This document shows positions 38,402-47,266 of a stretch of DNA of 64,000 bases, one piece after another; the stretch's first letter is position 1; every line of letters starts with the position of its first letter. The notes beneath the pieces were generated by a model. That model had not been told where the DNA came from, made no database searches, and was given only the letters and a program-made list of their open reading frames with translations. Location of the stretch: positions 1 through 64,000 of the IMG/VR virus record IMGVR_UViG_3300042731_004843, one strand, 5' to 3'. This stretch comes from a virus. The position numbers were made by a program, and so were the translations under genes.

Positions 38402-38636
38402 GTCTTCTCCGTCTCCTAGGTTGTATTTTGGCGCGTCCTGAGCTCAGGTTTTGTACCTCGTACCGTAGCGCCCCCGGTCCGAGACCCTCAATGATGGTTC
38501 TTCGGGCGTCCATGTTGGCGATATTTACCGGACGCCAGTCCCCACAACACTCACCGTTCTCGAGCATATACTCGGTGACGGTCTTGCAGTCCCTGAGACG
38601 CCGACAGCACGTACATGCTTTCGGTATACCCGCCAT
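38394..38636 (-). CDS. small Cys-rich protein
   Basis: MAGIPKACTCCRRLRDC; TGATG overlap. Confidence 0.55.
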   Translation of the reverse strand: MAGIPKACTCCRRLRDCKTVTEYMLENGECCGDWRPVNIANMDARRTIIEGLGPGALRYEVQNLSSGRAKIQPRRRRRHV

Positions 38637-38971
38637 CAGCACTCCTTTCGGACCTTCTCCATTATGTCGTCGTCGCACTCTTCAACAGCGCAGACATACG
38701 CTCTCGCTGCCGGGCAGATCCAACACGGGCAGTGCTCCTCAGTGCAGTCCAGCTGCTCTTTCACGGAGGGCCACTCTTCGATCATCCGCATCATGGCGTT
38801 ACGATCGGCGTCCGCGGGATCTTGCGGCAGGTCGTCAGGATGTACCCGTCCCTCCAGCGCGTCTATGAGCAGGTCTCTTCCCAGCCCCCGATGAGCCCCT
38901 AAGAAACCTCTCTGTGAGCATAGAGCGGCCAGTTCTGACAGGTTTAGTTGGCTGTAGTCCACGTCGTTCAT
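38636..38971 (-). CDS. HeH-like + Cys-rich hypothetical protein
   Basis: YSQLNLSELAALC..RG; C-terminal CTEEHCPCWIC; AGGAGG RBS. Confidence 0.6.
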   Translation of the reverse strand: MNDVDYSQLNLSELAALCSQRGFLGAHRGLGRDLLIDALEGRVHPDDLPQDPADADRNAMMRMIEEWPSVKEQLDCTEEHCPCWICPAARAYVCAVEECDDDIMEKVRKEC

Positions 38972-39410
38972 AGGCCTCCTTAGTTAGACCCACCTCCTCT
39001 TCTGGGACCTCACGCAGCTTGACGTAGATCCCTGGATTTTCTGGGTCGCAGTGTTTTTCCAGCAAGAGCCGGAAGTTGTGGCAGTCATCGACCCCCACCG
39101 CCTTGGCGACGGTGTCCTCTATGAGCTTGACCTGGTTGCTCAGATCTATCTTCTTGTAGCGACTACCCGTGCTGGACGACTTGACCTCCACCTGCTCGAA
39201 GAAGATGGCCAGCGTCAGTTCGTACGGCACGTTCTGCTTGAGTTGTAGTAGCGCCACTCTTCCTTGCTTTTGGACGGCGCGCATGGCCTTGATCTTGAAA
39301 GTACGTGCTTTGTCGGACAGAACACGCCCCTTGCCCTGCGGATGCCTCACGTAGATCTGATTGGAAGAGGGAGGCAGGTGCGGTACCCATACCCTCAGCT
39401 CCGGGTTCAT
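38835..39410 (-). CDS. rusA: RusA-like Holliday junction resolvase
   Basis: PPSSN; DLSNQVKLIEDTV...VDD catalytic motif. Confidence 0.75.
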   Translation of the reverse strand: MNPELRVWVPHLPPSSNQIYVRHPQGKGRVLSDKARTFKIKAMRAVQKQGRVALLQLKQNVPYELTLAIFFEQVEVKSSSTGSRYKKIDLSNQVKLIEDTVAKAVGVDDCHNFRLLLEKHCDPENPGIYVKLREVPEEEVGLTKEAYERRGLQPTKPVRTGRSMLTERFLRGSSGAGKRPAHRRAGGTGTS

Positions 39411-40009
39411 CTTTTGCGCCCTCTCCTGAAGGTGTTCAGTACCGAGGTCTGCTCTCGATTACGCCGGTCCCGTTGCCGCGACTTTCGGTCTAGGCCAACC
39501 CCCTTACCTTCTGCCCCTGTCCTAGATTCCAGAACAGAGGCCGCCCGAGAGATCGTCTCTATGTCCCGTTTCAGGCCTTCAACGATCCCCACCAACAGTC
39601 TGTACTGGGAATCCCGAAACTCGAACCGGGCATCAACCTCTATGTACCGCTTGTCCAGCCTGGTGGCATCGTCCTTGTCGGACACGGTACCAGACTTGGT
39701 TCTGCGTATCCTAGCCCAAGCCACCGTCCGTTGTTTCTCGGCAGCATTACGCATACCTTCGGCCAGCTTCTGTTGCCCGATGGCGTAGTCATACCACTCC
39801 GTGAACTTACCTATCAGCCTCTGCAGTTCCGGAAACGAGGCCGCACTCAGATCATAGGGAAGCGATGGGAACTCCTCGAACTCTCCCCTGGGATCTACCG
39901 GTCGGGTAGCCACAGACAGGCCAGCGCGGATGATCGCGTCCTCAGCTTCCTCGGGTGCTGCCCCGTAGGCGCCCAGGCCCTCTTCAAGCGTCACTTCATA
40001 GTTGGGCAT
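39407..40009 (-). CDS. helical protein, possible UvsY-like recombination mediator
   Basis: Long helices, DKRYIE...LVGIVEGL; next to RecA and the nucleases. Confidence 0.35.
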   Translation of the reverse strand: MPNYEVTLEEGLGAYGAAPEEAEDAIIRAGLSVATRPVDPRGEFEEFPSLPYDLSAASFPELQRLIGKFTEWYDYAIGQQKLAEGMRNAAEKQRTVAWARIRRTKSGTVSDKDDATRLDKRYIEVDARFEFRDSQYRLLVGIVEGLKRDIETISRAASVLESRTGAEGKGVGLDRKSRQRDRRNREQTSVLNTFRRGRKR

Positions 40010-40896
40010 CAGGCCTCCTTCCTCTTGCGGAATGCGGACGATACGCGTGTGTTGGGTCCCCTAGTCCGCCTGGGAGGCTTGCACACCTTCCGGTACTTGC
40101 AGTTGGTGCAGTGCCACCCATTCTCCCTCTCCGGAGGTTCATCTCGCATGGCGTGCTCTCTGACCCAGTCCAGCTTGCACACGACAGCGTCCCAGCAGTT
40201 CTGGTCGAACACATGCGCGTACTCCACCATGCTCGAATCGTTCTTGTTGTAGTAGACAAACACCATCACCGGCAGATCCAACGCCTTCTGGTAGATGGTG
40301 CCTTGTGTCAGGTGCTCTGGGTGCGGGCTGGAGGTCTTCTCGTAACCCGCAGCGTTGATGGTCTTGAGCTCTATCCCGAACCGCAGGCGCATGTCCGGAG
40401 TGATGACCATATACTTGCCGTCAGTGTGCCCGGACAGGTCCATGGAATCCGCCACCTCATTGGTGTCGGGATCTACCACCGCCTCTGGCTCGAAGCTCTC
40501 CACGCCATCACTACGCCTAGTGATCTCTTCTAGGTACGCTTGTAGCTGGGCGTGGACAGCGGACCCGGTGTCTAGCAGAGCACGCATCCTAGGTTCCCAG
40601 GCGCCCTCAGCCTCCGCTCCCACAAAGTCGTAGTACAGCAGCCGGGCGCACCCCATCTTGTACTTGCCGCACAGGGACGTACCGGATGCACTACCTACCG
40701 AAGATGCATGGAAGACGAGCGTCTTCCGGTTCTGCCCCAGATCAAACTCCACGGGCAGCTTCCGTATGGGATCAACGTTGAGGTCTTCCAGGAATGAGTG
40801 TATGCGTGCGACCACAGTACACTGCGGCAGCAGCCGCTTCAGCCTGGTTTTGTCCAGCCGCGCTAAGTCGGCGATTGTCCAAAGAAGATCAGTCAC
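40009..40896 (-). CDS. Cas4-like PD-(D/E)XK exonuclease
   Basis: GxAVH, GHTDG, IELKT, QxxxY, C-terminal CxxCxxxxxC. Confidence 0.8.
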   Translation of the reverse strand: MTDLLWTIADLARLDKTRLKRLLPQCTVVARIHSFLEDLNVDPIRKLPVEFDLGQNRKTLVFHASSVGSASGTSLCGKYKMGCARLLYYDFVGAEAEGAWEPRMRALLDTGSAVHAQLQAYLEEITRRSDGVESFEPEAVVDPDTNEVADSMDLSGHTDGKYMVITPDMRLRFGIELKTINAAGYEKTSSPHPEHLTQGTIYQKALDLPVMVFVYYNKNDSSMVEYAHVFDQNCWDAVVCKLDWVREHAMRDEPPERENGWHCTNCKYRKVCKPPRRTRGPNTRVSSAFRKRKEA

Positions 40897-41410
40897 GTAG
40901 CTTCTCCACTATTGCTATAAACAGTTCGTACGGGATCGTGACGAACTGCCGCTTGAGTCGGCGGAAATTGATGACCAGAGCAGGCCACTCCCCGGCCAGG
41001 TTCGCGTAGTGTACCAGAGTACTCAGTGTAGATATCTCTAGGCGCCAGCCCTTCAGGCTATCGGTGTACTTGTGCTCTATGCGCCATTCGTCGATCTTCC
41101 TGATGTCACCCTTGACGTCCCGGTTACCTGAGCCAGGGGTAGTCCTGCCCCCGACGTCTCTTGCCACCCCCTTCTCCAACTTCCTGGAGACCTTGATACG
41201 TGACTTGCGCTCCTTCTTCGTGGTCACGGAGGGGCGATTGACCTGGAACTTGATGACGTACCCGTTGTCCTGGCAAGCGTCGCAAAGCAGGAACTCCTGT
41301 ACCTGCTTGTCGTCCTGCCGTATCTCGTAACGGGTAGTCTCCCTTACCCTGCCGCAACCGGAGCACCTCTTCCCGAATCCGACGTATCTGATCGCTAGTT
41401 CCAGATTCAT
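40889..41410 (-). CDS. PD-(D/E)XK endonuclease (Holliday resolvase-like) with N-terminal Zn finger
   Basis: E...PGSGN..KGDI...IEHK; CSGC...CDAC. Confidence 0.7.
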   Translation of the reverse strand: MNLELAIRYVGFGKRCSGCGRVRETTRYEIRQDDKQVQEFLLCDACQDNGYVIKFQVNRPSVTTKKERKSRIKVSRKLEKGVARDVGGRTTPGSGNRDVKGDIRKIDEWRIEHKYTDSLKGWRLEISTLSTLVHYANLAGEWPALVINFRRLKRQFVTIPYELFIAIVEKLRD

Positions 41411-42690
41411 CGGTATCTGACGTGCTGCAGGTTGGCGTGCTCGAGCATAGCCTGCCAGAGCTGCTTCTTGAATTCCGGATCATCCGCCAGGGCGTCTAGC
41501 ACTTCTGCTTTGCCCTTGAACTTGGTATCACCAAATGTGTACGACGATCCAGCACGATGGATGATGTTGTTGGCGGTGCAGTAGGTGTAGAAGTCAAAAT
41601 CCACGTCGATCGAGGGCGGCTCGAAGAAGTACTTGAAGGTGCCCTTCGGACCCTCATGAGTGCCGGCTTTGCCCTTGACCAACTCCCAGCCTATCTCCTT
41701 CCCGATCTTCACTTCCCCGGCCTTGATGATGTCAGTCTGCCTGACCTGAATGTCGACCAGTTTGCCGTGCTTCAGCGCCCAAGATCCTCCGATCTTCCAC
41801 TCCCTGCCGTACTGTGTTTTCTTCATGTTGGCACGCACCTGGCGGACGCCGATCACGGTAGTCTCGATCTCGTCCAGCTTCGGCAGCTTGCCCTTCCAAT
41901 TGCAGTCACCGCCTCGGCAGTACCAGTTGTAGCTGCCGGAGTTGGTCTTCTTGTGCTCCATGGTCAAGGAGCCGCACTGCGGGCAGTAGTGGCGCGGGGT
42001 TAGTGCCCCGTGCACCTTCCGCATCCAACGAGTCTGCACGCTGCTGGCTGAAGCCATGCGGGCATCTTCAGAGAGGTCAGTCTCATCTTCCCAGGCGGTC
42101 AGCATCGCGTCCCACGAATCGATTGCGCCTAGTTGATAGGCGTTGGACTCGATCATGGCCACCACGGCATCCAGGTTGGCCTCGGCACAACCACGCATGA
42201 CATGGAACCTGCCGCAGCCAGTTTCGTCCTGGAGCTCTTTGATCTCTTCCTTGGTGAGGGGCTCCCTCCCGGCCTCCTTACGTCTGCGCATCTCCACCCC
42301 GATCTCATAGTCTGAGAACGGCACCCGGAACCCGATCTTCCGCGCAAACATCTTGTCGAAAGGGAATTCCATGCAGAGCATGAAGAGGTTGGTGTCATCG
42401 CCGTAGATCTTCTGCGCTTGGGCGAAGTAGTGGTAGATCAGCAGGTTCTTCCCCGCGCCCTCCGGGCCATCCACTTGGGACAGGCCGCCGGCGGGTAGAC
42501 CGCCACCGGTGTGGATGTCCAAGGAAGGGATACCGCAGGGTCGGCGTAGATCGAAACGCCCCTCCAGATCTCTGCCGCGCTGAAGCACGACTCCACGCCC
42601 ACCCAGCTCCGCTTGAAGCCCCTCGAACAGTAGATCAGGGTCTATAGTTTGTGGTCCGCTGGCTGTCGGACTAGCCGTCTTTCTTGCCAC
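41407..42690 (-). CDS. recA: RecA/UvsX recombinase with Zn-ribbon insertion
   Basis: GIPSLDIHTGGGLPAG, GPEGAGK, IDSWD, RQVR, GGSWALKH. Confidence 0.88.
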   Translation of the reverse strand: MARKTASPTASGPQTIDPDLLFEGLQAELGGRGVVLQRGRDLEGRFDLRRPCGIPSLDIHTGGGLPAGGLSQVDGPEGAGKNLLIYHYFAQAQKIYGDDTNLFMLCMEFPFDKMFARKIGFRVPFSDYEIGVEMRRRKEAGREPLTKEEIKELQDETGCGRFHVMRGCAEANLDAVVAMIESNAYQLGAIDSWDAMLTAWEDETDLSEDARMASASSVQTRWMRKVHGALTPRHYCPQCGSLTMEHKKTNSGSYNWYCRGGDCNWKGKLPKLDEIETTVIGVRQVRANMKKTQYGREWKIGGSWALKHGKLVDIQVRQTDIIKAGEVKIGKEIGWELVKGKAGTHEGPKGTFKYFFEPPSIDVDFDFYTYCTANNIIHRAGSSYTFGDTKFKGKAEVLDALADDPEFKKQLWQAMLEHANLQHVRYR

Positions 42691-42832
42691 CTGGTCTCCT
42701 TTCGTACGGTTCCGTCCCCTTCTTCGGATCGACGGGCACGTTGGTGTTCGGGTGAGGGTCTTTACTCCCTGCTCCTGCCCTCTTCTCTTTGGGCACCTTG
42801 TTTGGGTCGATCTCTACTGCGTACTTTTCCAC
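42671..42832 (-). CDS. small hypothetical protein (MEKYAV...)
   Basis: GTG start after AGGAG; overlaps the recA start. Confidence 0.45.
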   Translation of the reverse strand: MEKYAVEIDPNKVPKEKRAGAGSKDPHPNTNVPVDPKKGTEPYERRPGGKKDG

Positions 42833-43172
42833 GTGGTCTCTCCTTTCTTGGAAGCCCGAAACGCTTCGATAGGCTCTCCTCCTTGAATAGATCAAAAGAC
42901 CTCTTCACGCCATCCCTTAACGCGTCACAGGGCACAAAACGCACCCTACGCGACGGCGGGATCGGAACACGCTCACCAGTAGTGGCGTTACGTCCCGACC
43001 TCGCCGCCGCGTGTACGTTCTCGAAGCGTCCCAGACCTGGTATCTTCACGTCCAACCCATCTGAGAGGCCTTCCCGCACCACCTTGGCAAAGGCGCGCAA
43101 GATAGTCCTGACCTCCCTTCGGGTGTATCTGGTCTCCTCTGACAGGGCGACCACCAGATCTTGGAACTCCAT
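42762..43172 (-). CDS. HU/IHF-family DNA-binding protein
   Basis: VKIPGLGRF...AARSGRNATTGERVPIP..RRVRFVP. Confidence 0.9.
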   Translation of the reverse strand: MEFQDLVVALSEETRYTRREVRTILRAFAKVVREGLSDGLDVKIPGLGRFENVHAAARSGRNATTGERVPIPPSRRVRFVPCDALRDGVKRSFDLFKEESLSKRFGLPRKERPRGKVRSRDRPKQGAQREEGRSRE

Positions 43173-43175
43173 TGT

Positions 43176-45143
43176 TTACGCCTTTGCGCTAGACCACGAG
43201 TACCCCATACCTCCGTCGACATCGAGGGGGACCAGAAGGTCCTCATCAAAGGGGTGCTCCATGATGTTGCAGACGATCCCCATGGCCTCTTTGGCGTGGA
43301 CCTCGGGTACCTCGAACATGAGCTCGTCGTGCACCTGTAGGAGCATCTCTGCTCCAAGGGATCGTAGCTCTGGGCTGAACTCGCACTTGATCATGGCCAT
43401 CTTGGCCACATCAGCCGCAGAGCCCTGGATCACACTGTTGACTGACTGCCGCTCACACTGAGCCAGCAGGGACTTGGCAGAACCCGGCAGACCCCAACGA
43501 CCCGTCTTCTGCATCATGGGGCCGATGGACGCCATGTCGTGGAACCGCCGTGGCCTACCCAGGATGGTCTCCACCATAGCGTGCTCAGCGATGAAGCCGT
43601 GCACTCCGTTGATGAAGTCACGAACCAGTGGATACGGCTGGAAGTACTGCTCCTTCAGCTCCTTGGCCCGGTCCTTTGAGACACCCAGCGTGTTAGCCAG
43701 CTTCTCAATACCCTCTCCGTAGTTCAACCCGAAGCCGATGGTCTTCGACGCCTGGCGGGCGAAGCACATGTCCTTCTCGAGCTGGCTTAGCTGGACACTG
43801 GGGTCTATGGCTGCCGCTTTCTTTCTCTTCCCAGCAGCCTTGATGTCCTCGTACTCATGGCCGAACATCAGCGAGGCCGTACCAGTGTGGATGTCCCAGC
43901 CCTTACGGATAACGTCGATCATGTTGGGGTCTTGGGAGTAGTGGGCCATGAGCCGCATCTCCAGCTGCTCGTAGTCCACGACGATCAGGATGTGGTCCTG
44001 CTTGGGCATGAACGCGGACCTGATGCCGAATTCATCTCCACCAGGACGGGGTACGTTCTGTAGGTTGGGATCCACAGAACTGAGTCGGCCAGTGACGGCC
44101 ACATGCTGGGTGAGGGTTGGGTGTATGCGCAGGTCGTCATCGGCCCACTTACGCAAACCATCTACGTAGGTGCCCTTCATCTTGACCAGGCCACGTATAC
44201 CCAGCACCAACTGTGCTGCCTCCACGCCTTTGGCGGCCAGCTTGGTCAGCACTTCTACGTCAGTGGACGGCTGCCGATTGCCGCTCGTACCACCAGAGGT
44301 GTACTTGGTAGGGGCTAGGCCCAACTTCTTGAACAGCAGTTCCCGCAGCTGCTGCACGCTGTTCGGGTTCATCTCCCGGCCTGCAATTCTGTTCAACTTC
44401 TTGTGCAGGTCGTCGATGCGCTCTTGGATCTTGGGGGACAGCTCGTCCAGGTACCCGACATCCACCATCACTCCACGCCGGCAGCATTCGTACAGCACTC
44501 GGGTAAAGGGCGCCTCCACTTCATCGAAGTAGTCCCAGAGACACATACCGTCCAGGCTATGCTGAGACTCCAGCTCCTCTCGCAGGTACTTGTACACTCG
44601 GAAGGTAGCCCAGGCGTCCAGAGATGCGTAGGAGTGTGCTTTCATTGGTTGTTCGAGCAGAACGCGCATGAACCGCTGCGCTACATCCTCACCTTTCTTG
44701 CGTTCTGGGAAGACGGACTTGAACTCGTTCATGTTGAGACCGAGGTGGTCCCACGCAGTTTCCTTCAAGCCGTGGCGGCCCATCCGGTTCTCGTCATAGA
44801 GCCAATCCATGGCCAGGGTGCAGTACGCATCACCTTTAGGCACCATGACGCCGGAGTTATGCAGCATGCAGAAGTCGAACGTCTGGTTGGTGAAGTACCA
44901 CTTCAGGTCCGAGTCGTTAGCCAGTTCTTTGTCGTAGAGATCTAACATCTCCCTAGACAGGCAGTACCGGGAACCTTCATCAGGACATGCTGACCACAAG
45001 ATCACATGGTCACGTGCCCTGTTTATGCCGGTGGTCTCTGTATCTAGGGCGCACTCTCCTGTGTCCCGTACATGCCTGGCGAACTGCATGAAACCTTCGC
45101 CAGTGTCCACGTAGGTAACTGGGGGGACGTACTGAGTTGCCAT
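43176..45143 (-). CDS. polA: DNA polymerase family A (3'-5' exonuclease + polymerase)
   Basis: DTETTG, YASLDA, TGRLSSVDPNLQN, DYEQLEMR, RQASKTIGFGLNYG, IQGSAAD, QVHDEL; likely start MATQ. Confidence 0.95.
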   Translation of the reverse strand: MATQYVPPVTYVDTGEGFMQFARHVRDTGECALDTETTGINRARDHVILWSACPDEGSRYCLSREMLDLYDKELANDSDLKWYFTNQTFDFCMLHNSGVMVPKGDAYCTLAMDWLYDENRMGRHGLKETAWDHLGLNMNEFKSVFPERKKGEDVAQRFMRVLLEQPMKAHSYASLDAWATFRVYKYLREELESQHSLDGMCLWDYFDEVEAPFTRVLYECCRRGVMVDVGYLDELSPKIQERIDDLHKKLNRIAGREMNPNSVQQLRELLFKKLGLAPTKYTSGGTSGNRQPSTDVEVLTKLAAKGVEAAQLVLGIRGLVKMKGTYVDGLRKWADDDLRIHPTLTQHVAVTGRLSSVDPNLQNVPRPGGDEFGIRSAFMPKQDHILIVVDYEQLEMRLMAHYSQDPNMIDVIRKGWDIHTGTASLMFGHEYEDIKAAGKRKKAAAIDPSVQLSQLEKDMCFARQASKTIGFGLNYGEGIEKLANTLGVSKDRAKELKEQYFQPYPLVRDFINGVHGFIAEHAMVETILGRPRRFHDMASIGPMMQKTGRWGLPGSAKSLLAQCERQSVNSVIQGSAADVAKMAMIKCEFSPELRSLGAEMLLQVHDELMFEVPEVHAKEAMGIVCNIMEHPFDEDLLVPLDVDGGMGYSWSSAKA

Positions 45144-45160
45144 ATGCCCTCCGCATGGAG

Positions 45161-45186
45161 GGCCTCCCCTCGTAGCAGGGGAGGCC
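45161..45186. terminator. 10-bp stem hairpin between the SSB and polymerase genes
   Basis: GGCCTCCCCT-CGTAGC-AGGGGAGGCC. Confidence 0.55.
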
Positions 45187-45197
45187 TCCCACACTAG

Positions 45198-46274
45198 TTA
45201 GAGTTCCGGCTCTTCCGCGTAGTCGCGCGCTTTGTCTTGTCCCTCGGACCCGTAGGGGTTGCGGATCTTGAGTACCTTGGCCTGCCAGTCGAAGGGGTCC
45301 GGGGAGAACACCTTCTTGAAGGGCCAGGGCTTAGCCATCTCCTTCAGGTCGTCGGATAGTTCCGTGGGAGTCCACCTGGGGACCATGATGGTGGAATCGG
45401 TATTCTCTCCCTCCCGCTTGATCTCCAGGTCACAGTCGAAGATGCTGAGCGGGGTGGGATCTTGGCACCCGTCACACTCACTCTGCTTGATGGGGAAGTC
45501 TTTGGTGCCGCACTTCGGGCACTCCATGTGGCGCGCAGTGACTTTGAGGATGTCCTCGTCCTTCATGTCCGTGTTGGCGAGGTCGATCAGAGGTTCGGCA
45601 CAGTTGGAGCACTCCCAGAGCACCTCCTCGAGCCGACCACCGCAGTTGGCGCAGTCCTTCTCGATCTCGTTCGTGATGCCCGCCAGTTGGCCCAGGTGCC
45701 GGCTACCCAGACTCAGGTGCACTTTCTTACCGAAGACCTTCTCCAGACCATCCTTGCAGTACTTGCAGCGGCGGCCTTCACAGAGCACCTTCCGGTGTAC
45801 CTGCTCGCCTTGTCGGTCACCCTTCTTGTAGACGATGGGCTTGCCGTCATCATCGAACACGGGTTCTAGGTGGTAGTAGGCGAGGTGGATAGCGTTGAAG
45901 GCGTGTAGCAGCTGCCAGCCCACACCATCGTCGCCCTTCTCGATGGCTTCACAGCCCAGGCACTTGCCGCCGACCGCGGTGAGGTCACCGTCCGTGATCT
46001 TGTACTGCTTGCTGCAGATGAAGCTCTTGTTGCTGCGCTTCACGAAGTGGTTCACGTAGGGGTAGTACTCGCTGTCCAGCCCCTCGAGGTCGGTATAGGA
46101 TCCCGGTAGCAGGCGCAGCTTAGTGGTCACACCGACAGGCGGCTTGAAGCGAGCATTCCAGCGGATGCTCAGGGAGTAGCCCTTGCCACCGCCACCGCCG
46201 CTTTCTTGACGGCGAGTGGCGTAGCCCCTTACTCGTTGGCCGAACGACGATCTGTTGCGAGATGAATGTTGCAC
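45198..46274 (-). CDS. gp32-like single-stranded DNA-binding protein with multiple Zn ribbons
   Basis: KLRLLPG...YVNHF...FICS; several CxxC pairs; acidic tail; GTG start after GGAGG; sits between primase and polymerase. Confidence 0.55.
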   Translation of the reverse strand: MQHSSRNRSSFGQRVRGYATRRQESGGGGGKGYSLSIRWNARFKPPVGVTTKLRLLPGSYTDLEGLDSEYYPYVNHFVKRSNKSFICSKQYKITDGDLTAVGGKCLGCEAIEKGDDGVGWQLLHAFNAIHLAYYHLEPVFDDDGKPIVYKKGDRQGEQVHRKVLCEGRRCKYCKDGLEKVFGKKVHLSLGSRHLGQLAGITNEIEKDCANCGGRLEEVLWECSNCAEPLIDLANTDMKDEDILKVTARHMECPKCGTKDFPIKQSECDGCQDPTPLSIFDCDLEIKREGENTDSTIMVPRWTPTELSDDLKEMAKPWPFKKVFSPDPFDWQAKVLKIRNPYGSEGQDKARDYAEEPEL

Positions 46275-47266
46275 GGTCTCTGCCTCCAGTGATGCCAGTC
46301 CTCTGCGTCCTCCAGGACGGCCAGTAGTTCTGGCTGGGATAGGTTGTCTGGCTGTGCCTCGTCCCCGAACTCCTCGGGGTACGTGCACACCAGTACTTCT
46401 AGGCCGCGCTGCCGCAGCCTCCTTCCTGCGTCTAGTGCGCCCTCTCTTCCTGCTTTGTTGGCGTCTAGCAGTAGGACGATGGAAGTCCCCAAGCGGCTCA
46501 GGATGCGCTCTTGCATCCATGTCATCCGACTTCCCTGCAGCGCGACTACGTTCTCGATGTCTTGCTGCAGTACCCAGATACACGCCTTGTACCCCTCCAC
46601 GATGACTAGGGTATCCAATTCACCGTGGAACGCCTGGGGCCAGACGTTGTGCATGTTCCACAGGAACTCATGGTTCTTGATGTCATAACGCTTGTAGCGT
46701 TCTTTGGTGTCGTAGTCGTCCGGCGCGTACTTCAGCAGGTCCGGAGACTTGTAGACCTTGTATCGTGGGTAGTCCCCGACCACAGTGCGCCCGGAGATAC
46801 CGACCAGATTCCCGTACAGGTCCCGGATGGGGAACGTGATACGCTGCTCGTCATGATCGAAGCCGATGTCCAGGCTTTTGAGTAGCTTCTCATCAAATCC
46901 GGCATCGACTAGATCTAACGGGCAGTACTGAAACACGCCTAGCAGCGCCTCGTTTAGGAAGTGCTCGCCGCGACCGACCTCAATAGTAGATGGATCGCGG
47001 CGACGTTTCGGCTGGAGCTTCTCCAGCTCCAGAGCAACATCTATCTGTTCTGGAGAAGAGCCCATCTTGCGCAGGAACTGGACGAACGTTCCTCGGGCGT
47101 GGCAGGAGTGGCAGTAGTACACCCCTGTATCCAGGTGCATGTAGAACGATGGCTTCTTCTCCATCCCTCCTTTGTGGAATGGGCAGGGACCGCCAATGTT
47201 ATTGGGCCCGGACATTTTGACGAAGCGCAGGTGGCGCTCTGCCATCTTTCGTACTGTGTCTCTCAT
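46229..47266 (-). CDS. dnaG: DnaG-type DNA primase
   Basis: CPFH...CHSC Zn finger; ISGR; TOPRIM IVEG...LLLDANKAG. Confidence 0.9.
   Translation of the reverse strand: MRDTVRKMAERHLRFVKMSGPNNIGGPCPFHKGGMEKKPSFYMHLDTGVYYCHSCHARGTFVQFLRKMGSSPEQIDVALELEKLQPKRRRDPSTIEVGRGEHFLNEALLGVFQYCPLDLVDAGFDEKLLKSLDIGFDHDEQRITFPIRDLYGNLVGISGRTVVGDYPRYKVYKSPDLLKYAPDDYDTKERYKRYDIKNHEFLWNMHNVWPQAFHGELDTLVIVEGYKACIWVLQQDIENVVALQGSRMTWMQERILSRLGTSIVLLLDANKAGREGALDAGRRLRQRGLEVLVCTYPEEFGDEAQPDNLSQPELLAVLEDAEDWHHWRQRPCNIHLATDRRSANE

Noticed and set aside
40009-40896. Cas4-like nuclease as part of a CRISPR-Cas system
   Set aside because: No repeat-spacer array or other cas genes seen; solo Cas4-like nucleases are common in phage recombination blocks.
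41860-42000. Intein in RecA (or in the portal, polymerase or DnaB)
   Set aside because: Insertions are short Cys ribbons without the C...HN splice termini or LAGLIDADG motifs.
46275-46583. N-terminal extension of the SSB ORF (also the extensions at 2706, 13796, 45144-45194, 53656-53748 and 56370)
   Set aside because: They overlap neighbouring genes or structured gaps; internal starts have RBSs or stop-start coupling.
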